Shown here: piece after piece, positions 9,800 to 19,634 of the stretch
How positions within the stretch are numbered: position 1 is the stretch's first letter
Layout of the letters: every line of letters starts with the position of its first letter
Assembly: GCA_037441845.1 (NCBI GenBank)
Contig: JBBIRK010000002.1
Span: forward strand, 1 to 64,000
Reading direction: 5' to 3'
From: Candidatus Zixiibacteriota bacterium
Lineage (GTDB): Bacteria; Zixibacteria; MSB-5A5; UBA10806; 4484-95
Length of the DNA stretch: 64,000 nucleotides
Program-made: the position numbers and the translations under genes
The notes under the pieces: generated by a model
The model's database searches: none
What the model was told of the DNA's origin: nothing
What the model saw: only the letters and a program-made list of their open reading frames with translations

Positions 9800-11235
9800 G
9801 TCGCCTCCGTCATTTTATTCAGAAGCTTACCCGCATGGGCGGCGACGATTTGCGAACCGACCGGCGCCGTCGTGAAACCCGACAGGGCTCGCAACCTGAT
9901 CCAATAGTTGTACATACCGTTGATGACGCAAGCCTGCCAGATCGGCGGCGCGCTATTAAGATCGTTCCATAATAGCACGATTTTGCTTTGCTCGTCAAGA
10001 TTATAGTCACCGCCGGAGGGGGTGAACTGCACCCAAGAGGAACCGTCGAAATACTCCCAGGCGATATTACCGCCCGCTGCGACGGTCGAAAGGGCTATGG
10101 CGGCGGTGTAAAATTTCTTTGTCTTTCCTAGATACAGGCAATCGCCTGCCGCCCCCAGAAGGGCGTTCGATTCCGTATGATATATATCGCCCGCGGTGGA
10201 GCTTGCCGCCTGCGCAGTTTTATCCTCGAATTGCGCCTGCGCGGAATCGTCGTAAACCAAGACATCGTCGAATAAGCCTATTCCGCCGAAAAGTTCGGAT
10301 TCGACGAATGCGGCCCCCTCGCGGCGAAAGACCACCGGTATCCGGAATGCGCCGCCGATCATTTTCTGGCATATTATATAGGGTGTGTTTTCCAGATAGG
10401 TCACCTGGGGCGAATCCGCGGCGATCTGGCCGACCTCTTGCAAACCACTGAACGATACGCCGTCGTATTCGCGGAAATAAAGCCGGGGAGCCTCCGAGGC
10501 GGCCGCGATTATCGCCAGTTTGGAATCGGGCGAAACTGCGCAATCGAAATCATCATCGATAAAATCCGCCTGCAAAATCGACAGCGGGTCGGCGAACCCC
10601 CCGCCGGAGCCGGTTTGTTTGCGAATGTACAACTCGGAACGCGAATGGCAGTAAACGGCATGCAAGACGCCGCCGAGATAAGTCAAGTTCACATAGGCGA
10701 TATCCGGATCGTCGGCCGAAAGCGCCATCCCAGGGGATTGGGCTCCGCCGGTCCAGAAGTTGCCGCCGTCGCCCGAGGATTTTACCCTTACCGAATATGC
10801 CGAAGTCGCCTGATCCTGATAGGTGTAGGCGCACCACAGCTCACCTGAAGGGCTGCCGACTATCGACGGGAAAAAGCAAGAACCTACGTTACAGATGGTC
10901 CCCGTCGATCCGAACGTCCAACCGCCGGCTCCGAATGCCATTCGGACATAAATCAAGTCGAGTGTGCTTTGTCTGGTGTAGGCGATATGGAGGTTTCCGG
11001 TGGAATCGATGCCGGCGGAAAATGACGAATCCGCCGCGTCCGATATTATGGTCTGGCCGGCTGACCATGACGTATAGGGCGGATCGGACCAGCAGAGTTT
11101 GACATCGTCGGCCGAATCGGCGTACAGCAAGACCAGGCGGCCGGCGTATTGCCCCGATTTAATTCGGAAAAGGCGGCGTTGGAAGGGAAGCCCTGTCGGC
11201 GACAAAGCGGTGGATGTGTCAAGCAATTTATACAT
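9796..11235 (-). CDS. Beta-propeller (BNR-like) structural protein with C-terminal beta-sandwich
   Basis: 479 aa; blades such as IDSTGNLHIAY, PSIVGSPSGELWCAY and SGDGGNFW (Asp-box); C-terminal WEYFDGSSW...YWIRLR; no signal peptide; directly follows the capsid gene. Confidence 0.65.
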   Translation of the reverse strand: MYKLLDTSTALSPTGLPFQRRLFRIKSGQYAGRLVLLYADSADDVKLCWSDPPYTSWSAGQTIISDAADSSFSAGIDSTGNLHIAYTRQSTLDLIYVRMAFGAGGWTFGSTGTICNVGSCFFPSIVGSPSGELWCAYTYQDQATSAYSVRVKSSGDGGNFWTGGAQSPGMALSADDPDIAYVNLTYLGGVLHAVYCHSRSELYIRKQTGSGGGFADPLSILQADFIDDDFDCAVSPDSKLAIIAAASEAPRLYFREYDGVSFSGLQEVGQIAADSPQVTYLENTPYIICQKMIGGAFRIPVVFRREGAAFVESELFGGIGLFDDVLVYDDSAQAQFEDKTAQAASSTAGDIYHTESNALLGAAGDCLYLGKTKKFYTAAIALSTVAAGGNIAWEYFDGSSWVQFTPSGGDYNLDEQSKIVLLWNDLNSAPPIWQACVINGMYNYWIRLRALSGFTTAPVGSQIVAAHAGKLLNKMTEAT

Positions 11236-11244
11236 AACCGCAAG

Positions 11245-11275
11245 GGGGCGGGATTTCTCCCGCCCCTACCTCCTC
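11245..11275 (-). promoter_or_regulatory. GAAA-tetraloop hairpin lying between the Shine-Dalgarno and the ATG of the post-capsid gene
   Basis: Minus strand: TAA-AC-GAGGAGG-TA-GGGGCGGGA-GAAA-TCCCGCCCC-CTTGCGGTT-ATG. Confidence 0.6.
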
Positions 11276-11277
11276 GT

Positions 11278-12381
11278 TTAGGTCCAGCTTATATCCAATA
11301 CCCGCGAGGCGTCCGCGATTATTTTAGCGTAAGCCACCGATTCGCTGATCACCGCCTCCTCGAGCCGTCTTTCGATCACCCTATCGTATTCCACGGTAAG
11401 CGGTATCGAAAAGACCTCCTCGAGCGCGAAACGATTATCCAGCCCCACGACCATATCCGTCGGCACCTCGTCGCAGCGCACCAGCGTCGCCCCCAATGGA
11501 GAGATGATCTCGCCGGTGGATTGGAATTTGAATCCGATAAGAGGGTCCTTGAATTCGGCCACGTTAAGGATCGTGCGCAAAACATTCTTGTGGCAGATAA
11601 GCGTGTTGGGCTGATAAGGATAAAATTCGTTGAAGAATTTCACCATATCGTCGTAGTCGAGCACTCCGGTGACATCGGTGTTGGTGACCGCCGCCGGATT
11701 GGAATTGCCGTCGCCGTTGATGATGGTGTTGACCGCCAAAGCGACGCGATCCGAGGCCATGCGATATCCGATATACCACAACAGGACCTTGAATTGGGCC
11801 ATGGTGCGGTGGCGTAAAGCACGGTAGGTGACTTTCAGCGCCAATCCGTAATCGGGAATGACCACGGTATGCGCCTGATCGGTGACCACCATCGCCGCGA
11901 TTTCGGCGGCCTCCGAGGTCGGTCGCAGCGAAAGCTTTTTATCCGCCGCAGTCGTTTCGATATGGAAAGGCGTATAACGTGAACTACCCACGCCCGAGGT
12001 CGCCGCAACCAGATGCGTCAACTCCGACCGCATATTTTGTCCGCGCCTGATTTCGCGCAGCACGAACTCCGGCATCAAAGCCGGCGCCGCCTGATAAAAC
12101 ATCTCCACCGTGACCGGATTGCGGCCGCCGGTGCGCAATCCGTGGCGAGCAAGTTGCCGCTCGAAAGCATCCAGAGGGCAGCCGGCCGGAGATTGGTCGT
12201 ATTCCGGCAGTTCGAGAAGCTCGCTCAACGTCAGGTTCCGCTTCTGCGCTTCGAGGTAATGATCCTTGGTTACTTCGATCATAGCCGCCCGGCTCAAATC
12301 GACAGTCGTTCCGGCGGAGCGTTCACCGGCCGTGAATGGAAGGGCCGCCTTCATGAAATTTTCGATATCGTAGTTGTTCAT
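11278..12381 (-). CDS. Phage major capsid protein (HK97 fold)
   Basis: 367 aa, RBS GGAGGGG; LDAFERQL...LMPEFVLREIRRG, SEAAEIA, YGLALKVTYRALR, INTIINGDGN and LTVEYDRVIERRLEEAVIS follow the HK97 capsid pattern; canonical position after protease, scaffold and decoration genes. Confidence 0.88.
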   Translation of the reverse strand: MNNYDIENFMKAALPFTAGERSAGTTVDLSRAAMIEVTKDHYLEAQKRNLTLSELLELPEYDQSPAGCPLDAFERQLARHGLRTGGRNPVTVEMFYQAAPALMPEFVLREIRRGQNMRSELTHLVAATSGVGSSRYTPFHIETTAADKKLSLRPTSEAAEIAAMVVTDQAHTVVIPDYGLALKVTYRALRHRTMAQFKVLLWYIGYRMASDRVALAVNTIINGDGNSNPAAVTNTDVTGVLDYDDMVKFFNEFYPYQPNTLICHKNVLRTILNVAEFKDPLIGFKFQSTGEIISPLGATLVRCDEVPTDMVVGLDNRFALEEVFSIPLTVEYDRVIERRLEEAVISESVAYAKIIADASRVLDISWT

Positions 12382-12389
12382 TTCCCCTC

Positions 12390-12818
12390 CTAATTCAAAA
12401 TCAGGGTGACGTCGGTTGTCCCGTTTACTTTGATTACCGTGCCTCTGGCCACATTCCCGCCGGCCGGATCGTTGCCGGTAAGCGCCGGAGCCTGCCGCAC
12501 CGCGCCCGAGCCGTTGACCACGACCCGGTTGCCGACCGCGGGAACGGTCGCCGCTGCCGGCAGTGTCATTATCCCGGCGATCTGCACCGTCGCCACACGT
12601 TTGCCGTTGTCCGCATCCGAAAGCGAGAGGTCGATCAATTTCCCTAGCAGGATATCGCCCGAGCTCCCCAGGCCGACCTCGTAACCGCCGACGATCGTCA
12701 CCGCTTTGCCGATATCATCGTCCTGCAGATCATCGATGCCGGCGGTCTGATGAATTTTGAAAGTGGCATAAACGCCGCCGATCGACTCGAGGTCATGTTC
12801 TCTTGTTGCCATTTGCAT
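12390..12818 (-). CDS. Capsid decoration/cement protein
   Basis: 142 aa, Gly/Val/Ala-rich beta protein (IGKAVTIVG, ATVQIAGIMTLP, VVVNGSGAV); immediately upstream of the capsid gene. Confidence 0.7.
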   Translation of the reverse strand: MQMATREHDLESIGGVYATFKIHQTAGIDDLQDDDIGKAVTIVGGYEVGLGSSGDILLGKLIDLSLSDADNGKRVATVQIAGIMTLPAAATVPAVGNRVVVNGSGAVRQAPALTGNDPAGGNVARGTVIKVNGTTDVTLILN

Positions 12819-12826
12819 TTTCCTTT

Positions 12827-13249
12827 CTATTTGAATTCCGATATTTCGATATTGCGCCCTTTGAAATGCGAATCCGCCGAACCGCCGAAAATGCGTTCGA
12901 ACAACCGGTCGATTTTTTCGCGGAGTGCATTAAGCCGTTCGTAATCGAGCTTCTCGAAATCGATTGCCCCATTCGATCCGAAATCGAGCGATTCGGGGAA
13001 GACGGATTCGATAGCTTTGATTTTCGCCTTAATGGATTCGCGGGTTTCGGCCAGCAGGCGCCGCCCAAGGTCGAAATCGGCAAGCAGGCTTTCGAAAACC
13101 ACCGCGCTGCTTTCGAGCGAAGTCTTGAGTCGGTCCAAATCGAGAAAGCCGATTTCGGGAGCCTCGATAATTGCCCGCGCCGCGTCTCGAAGCGTTTCTA
13201 TTTGCCTTGTTGATTCCGAAACGATATCAAGCGGTTTACTTCGATTCAT
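12827..13249 (-). CDS. Putative capsid scaffold protein (coiled coil)
   Basis: All-helical and charged; likely start ATG 13249 (MNRSKPL) after GAGG; lies between protease and decoration genes. Confidence 0.55.
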   Translation of the reverse strand: MNRSKPLDIVSESTRQIETLRDAARAIIEAPEIGFLDLDRLKTSLESSAVVFESLLADFDLGRRLLAETRESIKAKIKAIESVFPESLDFGSNGAIDFEKLDYERLNALREKIDRLFERIFGGSADSHFKGRNIEISEFK

Positions 13250-13580
13250 GAATCGCTTTTCCTCTTTCCGGAGCGACCGGAACGCCCCCAACGACCGTTT
13301 TTTTCTCGACGTTTTCGATTCGATCGAGACGGTTTTCGATCCGATAAAGGCGCTCGACTATTTCCTGTTTCAACCTGAATATGTCCTCGCGGCCGGCGAA
13401 ATTCTCGGCCAGCCTGGTTTCGAGATTGGAAAGCCTCTTGTCGAGACCAGCGACGAAAGCATCCTCGGCTTTGCCGGCCAGCTCCAGCTTAAGGTTCTCG
13501 ACCGTGGAATAATAGGCCGAGAGGGCCGCCAGCAAAGCCAAGGCGATCGTCAAAAGCGTATCGAGCCGACGATTAATCAT
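13236..13580 (-). CDS. Single-TM coiled-coil protein
   Basis: 114 aa; N-terminal TM (LLTIALALLAALSAYY) then heptads (LYRIENRLDRIE); overlaps both neighbours. Confidence 0.75.
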   Translation of the reverse strand: MINRRLDTLLTIALALLAALSAYYSTVENLKLELAGKAEDAFVAGLDKRLSNLETRLAENFAGREDIFRLKQEIVERLYRIENRLDRIENVEKKTVVGGVPVAPERGKAIHESK

Positions 13581-14307
13581 GATTCCGTGAATCCTGTGCC
13601 GTTTGCGCGAAATAACGCCGTCCGTTGATTTTCAGATTTATGTGTTTGGACCCCATAGCGGCGCTTTCTGCCGGAGATGCCGTATTTATCGACGAACCCA
13701 CGACGGCAAAACGTTCAGGCTTTTCGACAAGTTGGTTTGTCAGATGCGTTCCCGGGACGGCGCCGCGATAGACAAGCGAAGTTTCGAGGATTTTCTGAAC
13801 GCCTTTATAATAGTAATGCGTTTCGCGGCTGCCGGCGTGCCCACAGATTCTAAAATCACCCCCGCAGGCGGAGCATTCCGGATGATCGTACAGAAAACTG
13901 ACCGAGCATTCCTTATAGATACCCGAATCTATATTGATGCGCAGCCTATCGGAATAATCGACTTCGCGAGGCCAGAAAAAATAACATTTCACCCACAATC
14001 GCTCGCCTGCTTGCACGGTCTCGGCCCAGAATATCCGAGCTACCGGCAATGCCGATTTGTCATGCCCGATCAGAACCGGCGTATCGATGAACAATTCCGT
14101 GATCTGCGTCAAATCGGCCCGATCGAAACAGCCGCCGAACGAATTAGGAGAGTCATTGACCACGAACATCGCCCGGATATGTATCCGTTTGAGTTCCAAC
14201 GGCACCGGCGGTTTAATGTTTTTATTCAGCAAATCAATGTATTTTGAATCGGTCGAGCCGATAGGCGTCGCGGTCAAGTTGACGATTTGAGTCGCTTTCA
14301 GCATCAC
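13573..14307 (-). CDS. Phage prohead (maturation) protease with Zn-ribbon insert
   Basis: PVLIGHD (His), IYKECSVSF (Ser), CSACG...CGH insert and ETSLVYRGA closing strand; RBS GAAGGAG; first gene of the operon. Confidence 0.8.
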   Translation of the reverse strand: MMLKATQIVNLTATPIGSTDSKYIDLLNKNIKPPVPLELKRIHIRAMFVVNDSPNSFGGCFDRADLTQITELFIDTPVLIGHDKSALPVARIFWAETVQAGERLWVKCYFFWPREVDYSDRLRINIDSGIYKECSVSFLYDHPECSACGGDFRICGHAGSRETHYYYKGVQKILETSLVYRGAVPGTHLTNQLVEKPERFAVVGSSINTASPAESAAMGSKHINLKINGRRYFAQTAQDSRNHD

Positions 14308-14335
14308 GAATTCTCCTTCACTGGAATGCCGAAAA

Positions 14336-14358
14336 GGATTCCAATGCGGATTGCATAA
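14336..14358 (-). promoter_or_regulatory. Shared upstream motif, copy 1 (capsid operon)
   Basis: TTATGCAATCCGCATTGGAATCC on the minus strand; 19/23 identical to 21480-21502. Confidence 0.7.
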
Positions 14359-14537
14359 AGTTTTATTCGGTTAATTCCACTTAGCACGTGGGCTTATATC
14401 AAATATGCAGATTTTTGCAAAATGTGTTCATCAATTAAACCATAAAATTGCATCTTAGGCTTAATTTTATTGATTACCCTAAAACATAACGTATTGGGAA
14501 ACAATGCGATATGCCGGATCCGTCGGTCGGCGCTTTG

Positions 14538-14553
14538 TGGCACGATTGTTGCT
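14538..14553 (+). promoter_or_regulatory. Sigma54 (-24/-12) promoter of the PEP-CTERM gene
   Basis: TGGCACGATTGTTGCT matches TGGCAC-N5-TTGCW, about 60 nt upstream of ATG 14612. Confidence 0.85.
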
Positions 14554-14611
14554 TAAACTCAAACGGGTAAGTCTTGGTTATTGTTTTGATTAAATTTTAA
14601 ACGAGGAAAAA

Positions 14612-15421
14612 ATGAAACAGCTCAAGGTAATCGCCGCAACAGCAATTTTAATCTTAGGCGTGCTGGGCACAGCCGATGCCCGCTATTTGCTCGATGAGTA
14701 TTTCGGCGTTGATCTTTCGGTAAACGCGTCGACCGGCAGATTCAATATGCCCTGGACTCCCATCAGGGGATCTATGGTTCATGAAGATTGGCGCACCGAT
14801 GGTGATTCTCAGGCGCCCGATCCGGGTCCTCGCTATTATCTCTCCGAGGTTTTCGATATCGAGGCTTTATACTTGGATATCAACAAGCAAACCAACGAAA
14901 TCGTCTATTCGATCGTAACCTCCATGCCGCCGACCGGTTTCAATCAGGTTCCGTGGTATCCGGGATACGTGTTCCGCGCTGGAGATATCCGTTTTAATAT
15001 CGGCAGCAACATGTACGTGGTGGGAACTTTCGGGTCCACATTCGGAAATCTGTATTACAATCCGACCATGATTTATACCGACGCTCACCGTGGATTCGGC
15101 AGCCGGGGGAACCCGATCCTCGCACCGGGCAGCACCGCCATGGCCAGCCCCGCGATGACTTTCAGCTACGGTGAATATCTGCGCGACAACGGCTCTCATC
15201 TGGTCGAGAACGGTTATTATACATATGTCATGGAAGGCAGGATTTCGTTGGCTACATTGGGCGGCGATGTCAACACCGCCAGCATGACTCTCGGGATGAG
15301 CTGCAATAATGATCTGGCGACCGTGACCACCACCGCCATCCCCGAGCCCGGCACCCTCACCCTGATCGGTTTCGGACTTGCCGGTTTATACGGCGCCACC
15401 CGTAAGCGCAAGAAACATTAA
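14612..15421 (+). CDS. PEP-CTERM (exosortase-sorted) surface protein
   Basis: Signal peptide; C-terminal IPEPGTLTLIGFGLAGLYGATRKRKKH. Confidence 0.93.
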   Translation: MKQLKVIAATAILILGVLGTADARYLLDEYFGVDLSVNASTGRFNMPWTPIRGSMVHEDWRTDGDSQAPDPGPRYYLSEVFDIEALYLDINKQTNEIVYSIVTSMPPTGFNQVPWYPGYVFRAGDIRFNIGSNMYVVGTFGSTFGNLYYNPTMIYTDAHRGFGSRGNPILAPGSTAMASPAMTFSYGEYLRDNGSHLVENGYYTYVMEGRISLATLGGDVNTASMTLGMSCNNDLATVTTTAIPEPGTLTLIGFGLAGLYGATRKRKKH

Positions 15422-15444
15422 GCATAAATCATCGGAAATTATGG

Positions 15445-15472
15445 GCCGGTTCCTTGTAGGAACCGGCTTTTT
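15445..15472 (+). terminator. Rho-independent terminator
   Basis: GCCGGTTCCT-TGT-AGGAACCGGC-TTTTT. Confidence 0.85.
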
Positions 15473-15592
15473 CACTTTCAAAATCGCAACTACATTGCAA
15501 TCTCGGCCGGAGTATGCCGATTTCAGTTGCTTTTTTTGATTTCGTTGTCAAACTATTAAATAATTGAATCACCCGAATCGAACGCTGCCGTT

Positions 15593-17764
15593 ATGTCTCG
15601 ATCGACGCCGATGCGACTGTGCTTATCAGCCTTGATAGCGAAAATTCTTCCGCTGGCCGTAGGACTTTTCTGGTCGAATCTTTTTGGGAGCGCTGCGAAC
15701 GGGCAAGCGCTCGAATTCGTCAGCTCAACGATGTGGAACACTCTTTCCGACGTGAAAGTGGTCGGTAATTATGCGTATTGCGCTTATGGCAATGCGCTGG
15801 TGATACTCGATATTTCCGATCCTTCCGGGCCTTCGATTGTAGGCAGTGAACATATCCCCGATGCCGACTATATGGCGCTCGAAGTCTCGGGAAATTACGC
15901 TTACGTGGCAGCCTGGGCAGCCGGCTTTTTCATTTACGATGTCTCCAATCCGGAAAATACGGAACGGATAGCCGGTTTCCCGGCCGAAAGGCACGCCATC
16001 AGTCTTGCCGTCTCCGGCGATTATGCCTATGTGGGTGATGATTCTTCCAGACTAAGAATTTTTAATATCGCCGATCCATACCATCCCGTATATATGAGCA
16101 CCTAATTCGGTAGCGGACGAATCGCGAACATTTTCATCGATGGATATTATTCCTATCTGGCTGAAGATTCCGCAGGCATCGAGGTCGTGTTTATCTTCAA
16201 TCCCTCATATCCGGCGCGTGCCGGTGGATATAATACTCCGGGCAGGGCATTTGATGTTTGCGTTTCCGGCAATTACGCCTATGTAGCAGACGGCGATTCG
16301 GGAATTACGATATTGAACGTGGCCGTTCCCGGAGCGCCCTTTTTCGTCGGCAAATATCGGCCGGCCGGAAATTATTGCACGACCGACATTTTGGTTATCG
16401 GTCATTATGCCCTTGCGATAGATGCGGCGTATAGCGCCGGCGGGATAAGAATACTGGACGTAGCAGATCCCGTCCTACCGCGATTTGCTGGTGGCTATAA
16501 CCAAGACGAACATATTATAAATGCATGTTTTTCCGGCAATCGGTTATATTTGGCTTGCCACAACCATGGCTTGATAATTCTGAACTATTCCGGGCAACCG
16601 CCGAGGTTGCAATATATTGCGGGAATAGAGGATGCGCCGCGCATCACTGATATTTTTGCCCGCGGCAATATATATGCGGCTTGCGGAACCGAAGGCGAAA
16701 AAGTGCTGGATGTTTCAAACCTATCAAGGCCGCGGAATTTGGGGGAATGTCCTGAGGCGGATTCGGCGATGGGGATTTACGTATTCGACAACCGCGCCTA
16801 CGTGGCATGCCTGGAATCGGGAATCAAGATCGTGGATGTTTCCGATCCCACCGACCCGCAGCTGGAAGGCACTTTCAACACACAGGGCATCGCCTACAAC
16901 GTTTTCGTCCAGGATAATTACGCATATGTCGCCGATGGCGCCGGCGGATTGTTGATTATCGATGTCACCGACTCCGCCAATCCTATTCCCCATGGAAGTT
17001 TCACCGGAATCGGCAACATTCAAAATGTTTATGTATATGGCGATCACGCTTTCGCCGTTTGCGCCGATTACGACCTCCTGATTCTCGACGTCAGCGATCG
17101 GGCCAGACCCCGCCATATACAAAGTTGCACCGTAAACGACCGCCCTTATGTGGTATTCGTCGATGACAATATCGCATATATCGCAGCTGCCGACGATAGT
17201 TTGAGCATTATCAAAATCGACAATCCCGCCTTTCCGGTCTTTGTCGGCGGATGCCTTTTGCCCGGGACCCCGAAGGACATTTTCGTGCAGGGCGGGTATG
17301 CCTATATACCGACAACCGCCGGATTCGCCATTGCGGACGTAAACGATCCGGCCGATCCCCATGTCATTTATGCGCTCGAGTTGGAACCTGTAGGCAAAAA
17401 AACGGCGGTCGAAAACGGCCATATACTCCTGGCGAGCTACTATTCCATGTCTACTTGGAGATTTGCACAGACATACCAAGCGGAAATCAACCCCACTCCC
17501 GAAACATTTTCGTTGCTGTTGAATTATCCGAATCCATTCGACAGCCAAACAAACATCAGGTTCTCATCGAAGGAACCTGCGAGGGTGATTCTCGGTATAT
17601 TCGATATTACCGGCGACAGAGTGGCCGAACTTGCGGATTGCTATTTGCCGGCAGGATTACACTGTCTCAGTTGGCGACCCGAGGAAATCGCCAGCGGTGT
17701 ATATTTCTTTCGTATCCAAGCCGGCGATTCTCGAATGACCCGACGCATGACGCTCATAAAATAA
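15593..17764 (+). pseudogene. LVIVD-repeat secreted protein with T9SS-like C-terminal sorting domain, interrupted by one in-frame TAA at 16103-16105
   Basis: ORFs 15593..16105 and 16187..17764 share a frame; the gap translates to FGSGRIANIFIDGYYSYLAEDSAGIEV, a normal LVIVD repeat; C-terminal NYPNPF...SGVYF...RMTLIK. Confidence 0.8.
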
Positions 17765-17803
17765 ATTCCTGCCGTTTGAATCGGGAAAGAGCTCGAGGCG
17801 ATT

Positions 17804-19048
17804 TCATTCGAAAGATTCGACGCCCGATCCCAAGGCATTTTTCGGAATATATTGCCTTCTTCCAAGTTCAATGAGCGGCGCCTCGGCGGGGCATCCCAAA
17901 CGAAACGGAAACCAATGCCCCAGGCCCGATGTAGTGTAGAGTTTTCCGCCGCGGCCGTTGTCGTATAAGCCCCACAAATAGCGATAGCCCATGCTCTCGA
18001 AAATCGATTGACCGCCAAAACCGATCTGCCCGCCATGGGTATGTCCGGCCAGCGTAAGATCAACCCGGTTGCTCGATGCGAAATCGAATCCTTCCGGCCG
18101 ATGCGTCATCAATATGCGGAACGAATCCGCAGGCGCCTTTTCCATGGCCCGGTTCACCGTATTTCTTAAAAATGCAGCGTTGTCCCTTCGCAGCCAACGG
18201 GGATCATCGGCGCCGCCCAAATATACGGTCGTATCCCCCACCACAATGGTCCGGCCCTCGCCAACCAGAAGCTTTATCGAGGTCTTTTCAATTTCCCGCC
18301 GAAAAATGTCGACGCCGCGATAATATTCATGGTTGCCGAGACAGAAATAAATCCCATTAGGCGGCGCGAGTTTCTCGATCAACCTAAGAGCCGGACTGAG
18401 CGCGCCCAAGTCATCGGCCAGATCACCTGTAACCAGCACCAAATCCGCTTCCAGCGGCAAAGCCTCATCTAAGAAACGTTCGAAATCCGCGAGAGTGACA
18501 TAATATCCGAGATGCACATCGGAAATCTGCAGAATCTTGAATCCGGACAACGACTGCGGCAATCGATCGAATTCTATTTTGATCTTTCGTATTTGCGCCG
18601 GAGAAAACGATTTCAAAAATCCGCCGGTCCCTGCGGTTACCGCCGCCAGAGGAGCGGCAAGTAAGGCGCTTTCCAGCAATTTTCTTCTTACCGGATCCGG
18701 CTCCTTATTTGATTCGCCCTTGTTTGTCGGCGCCAGCCTCCTATGCACCCAGGCGGTCAAATTAACCAGTCCGGAGATCGGCACCGATACGATCAGGGCG
18801 ATAAAGGCGATCAGCACCAACGCCGCCGCGCCGGCGCCCACCCGTGCCAAAATCGCGTGTCGTCCGGTAGCCCCTAACCCCCAGACGATTATAAAGGTCA
18901 ATCCGGCCAGGGCGGCGATTAGAATCCAGCGACCTATCCGGTACCGCCCCCATAATGCGGGCAAAAAAACCCGGCAAAGCAGCGCCGTCAGAGCCGCGAG
19001 GGCCAAAACGAATATCAGCCCGGCGATAATCGGATAAAATTCAGCCAA
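17804..19048 (-). CDS. Membrane-anchored calcineurin-like metallophosphoesterase (YkuE/YaeI-like)
   Basis: SDVH, TGDLAD, GNHE, HRP and GHTHGGQ motifs; N-terminal TM helices. Confidence 0.93.
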   Translation of the reverse strand: MAEFYPIIAGLIFVLALAALTALLCRVFLPALWGRYRIGRWILIAALAGLTFIIVWGLGATGRHAILARVGAGAAALVLIAFIALIVSVPISGLVNLTAWVHRRLAPTNKGESNKEPDPVRRKLLESALLAAPLAAVTAGTGGFLKSFSPAQIRKIKIEFDRLPQSLSGFKILQISDVHLGYYVTLADFERFLDEALPLEADLVLVTGDLADDLGALSPALRLIEKLAPPNGIYFCLGNHEYYRGVDIFRREIEKTSIKLLVGEGRTIVVGDTTVYLGGADDPRWLRRDNAAFLRNTVNRAMEKAPADSFRILMTHRPEGFDFASSNRVDLTLAGHTHGGQIGFGGQSIFESMGYRYLWGLYDNGRGGKLYTTSGLGHWFPFRLGCPAEAPLIELGRRQYIPKNALGSGVESFE

Positions 19049-19333
19049 GTCGATTCTTCCCCCGGTCGGCCGTGAAAAATTTTTTTTCTTTCGTCATTTT
19101 CCCTGGTTCCGGCTGCAACTTTCCGTCCCTTTCGTTCGTTTTGCCGTTAGCGGCGGTGAATTATCGCCGGCATCGATCGCAACAATAATATGAGGAATCG
19201 AAAGCAGATCGAAAATTGTTTCTTACCGCCCAAAAAAGCTTGCAAAAGCTGTTAATATTTTGTAAAGGTTTACCGAAAAAATAAGGCGATTCGCGGATGA
19301 AAGTCAAAACAATATGCGAAAGCGGAGGGTCAG

Positions 19334-19522
19334 ATGTTCTGCGCCTATTGTGATGAGATGATTACCGGCAAGTCGTTGATCTTCGATGGCGAGGAATATT
19401 GTTCCAAAGAGTGCCTCGAAGCCGCCAAAGCGGAGATGGAAGGCGACGTCGACGAATACGACGAAGAAGTCGACGAAGAGTGGGAAGACGAGCCGGAAGA
19501 CGAAGAAGACGACTACAATTAA
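19334..19522 (+). CDS. Small Zn-finger (TRASH-like) protein with acidic tail
   Basis: CAYC...YCSKEC then a D/E-rich tail; RBS GGAGGG. Confidence 0.75.
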   Translation: MFCAYCDEMITGKSLIFDGEEYCSKECLEAAKAEMEGDVDEYDEEVDEEWEDEPEDEEDDYN

Positions 19523-19634
19523 TAGATGCCGGCGATCCAGCGCCGCCGGTCATGACGGCGAATCAATCAGCGACTATAGGCATTACGCTCGGGCGTCGAT
19601 GCCTTGATCGGGGATCGCCGCAGGAGCTTTTGCG

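Noticed and set aside
11278..12381. Encapsulin nanocompartment
   Set aside because: Protease, decoration, adaptor, portal and terminase are present and no cargo enzyme is adjacent, which fits DNA packaging.
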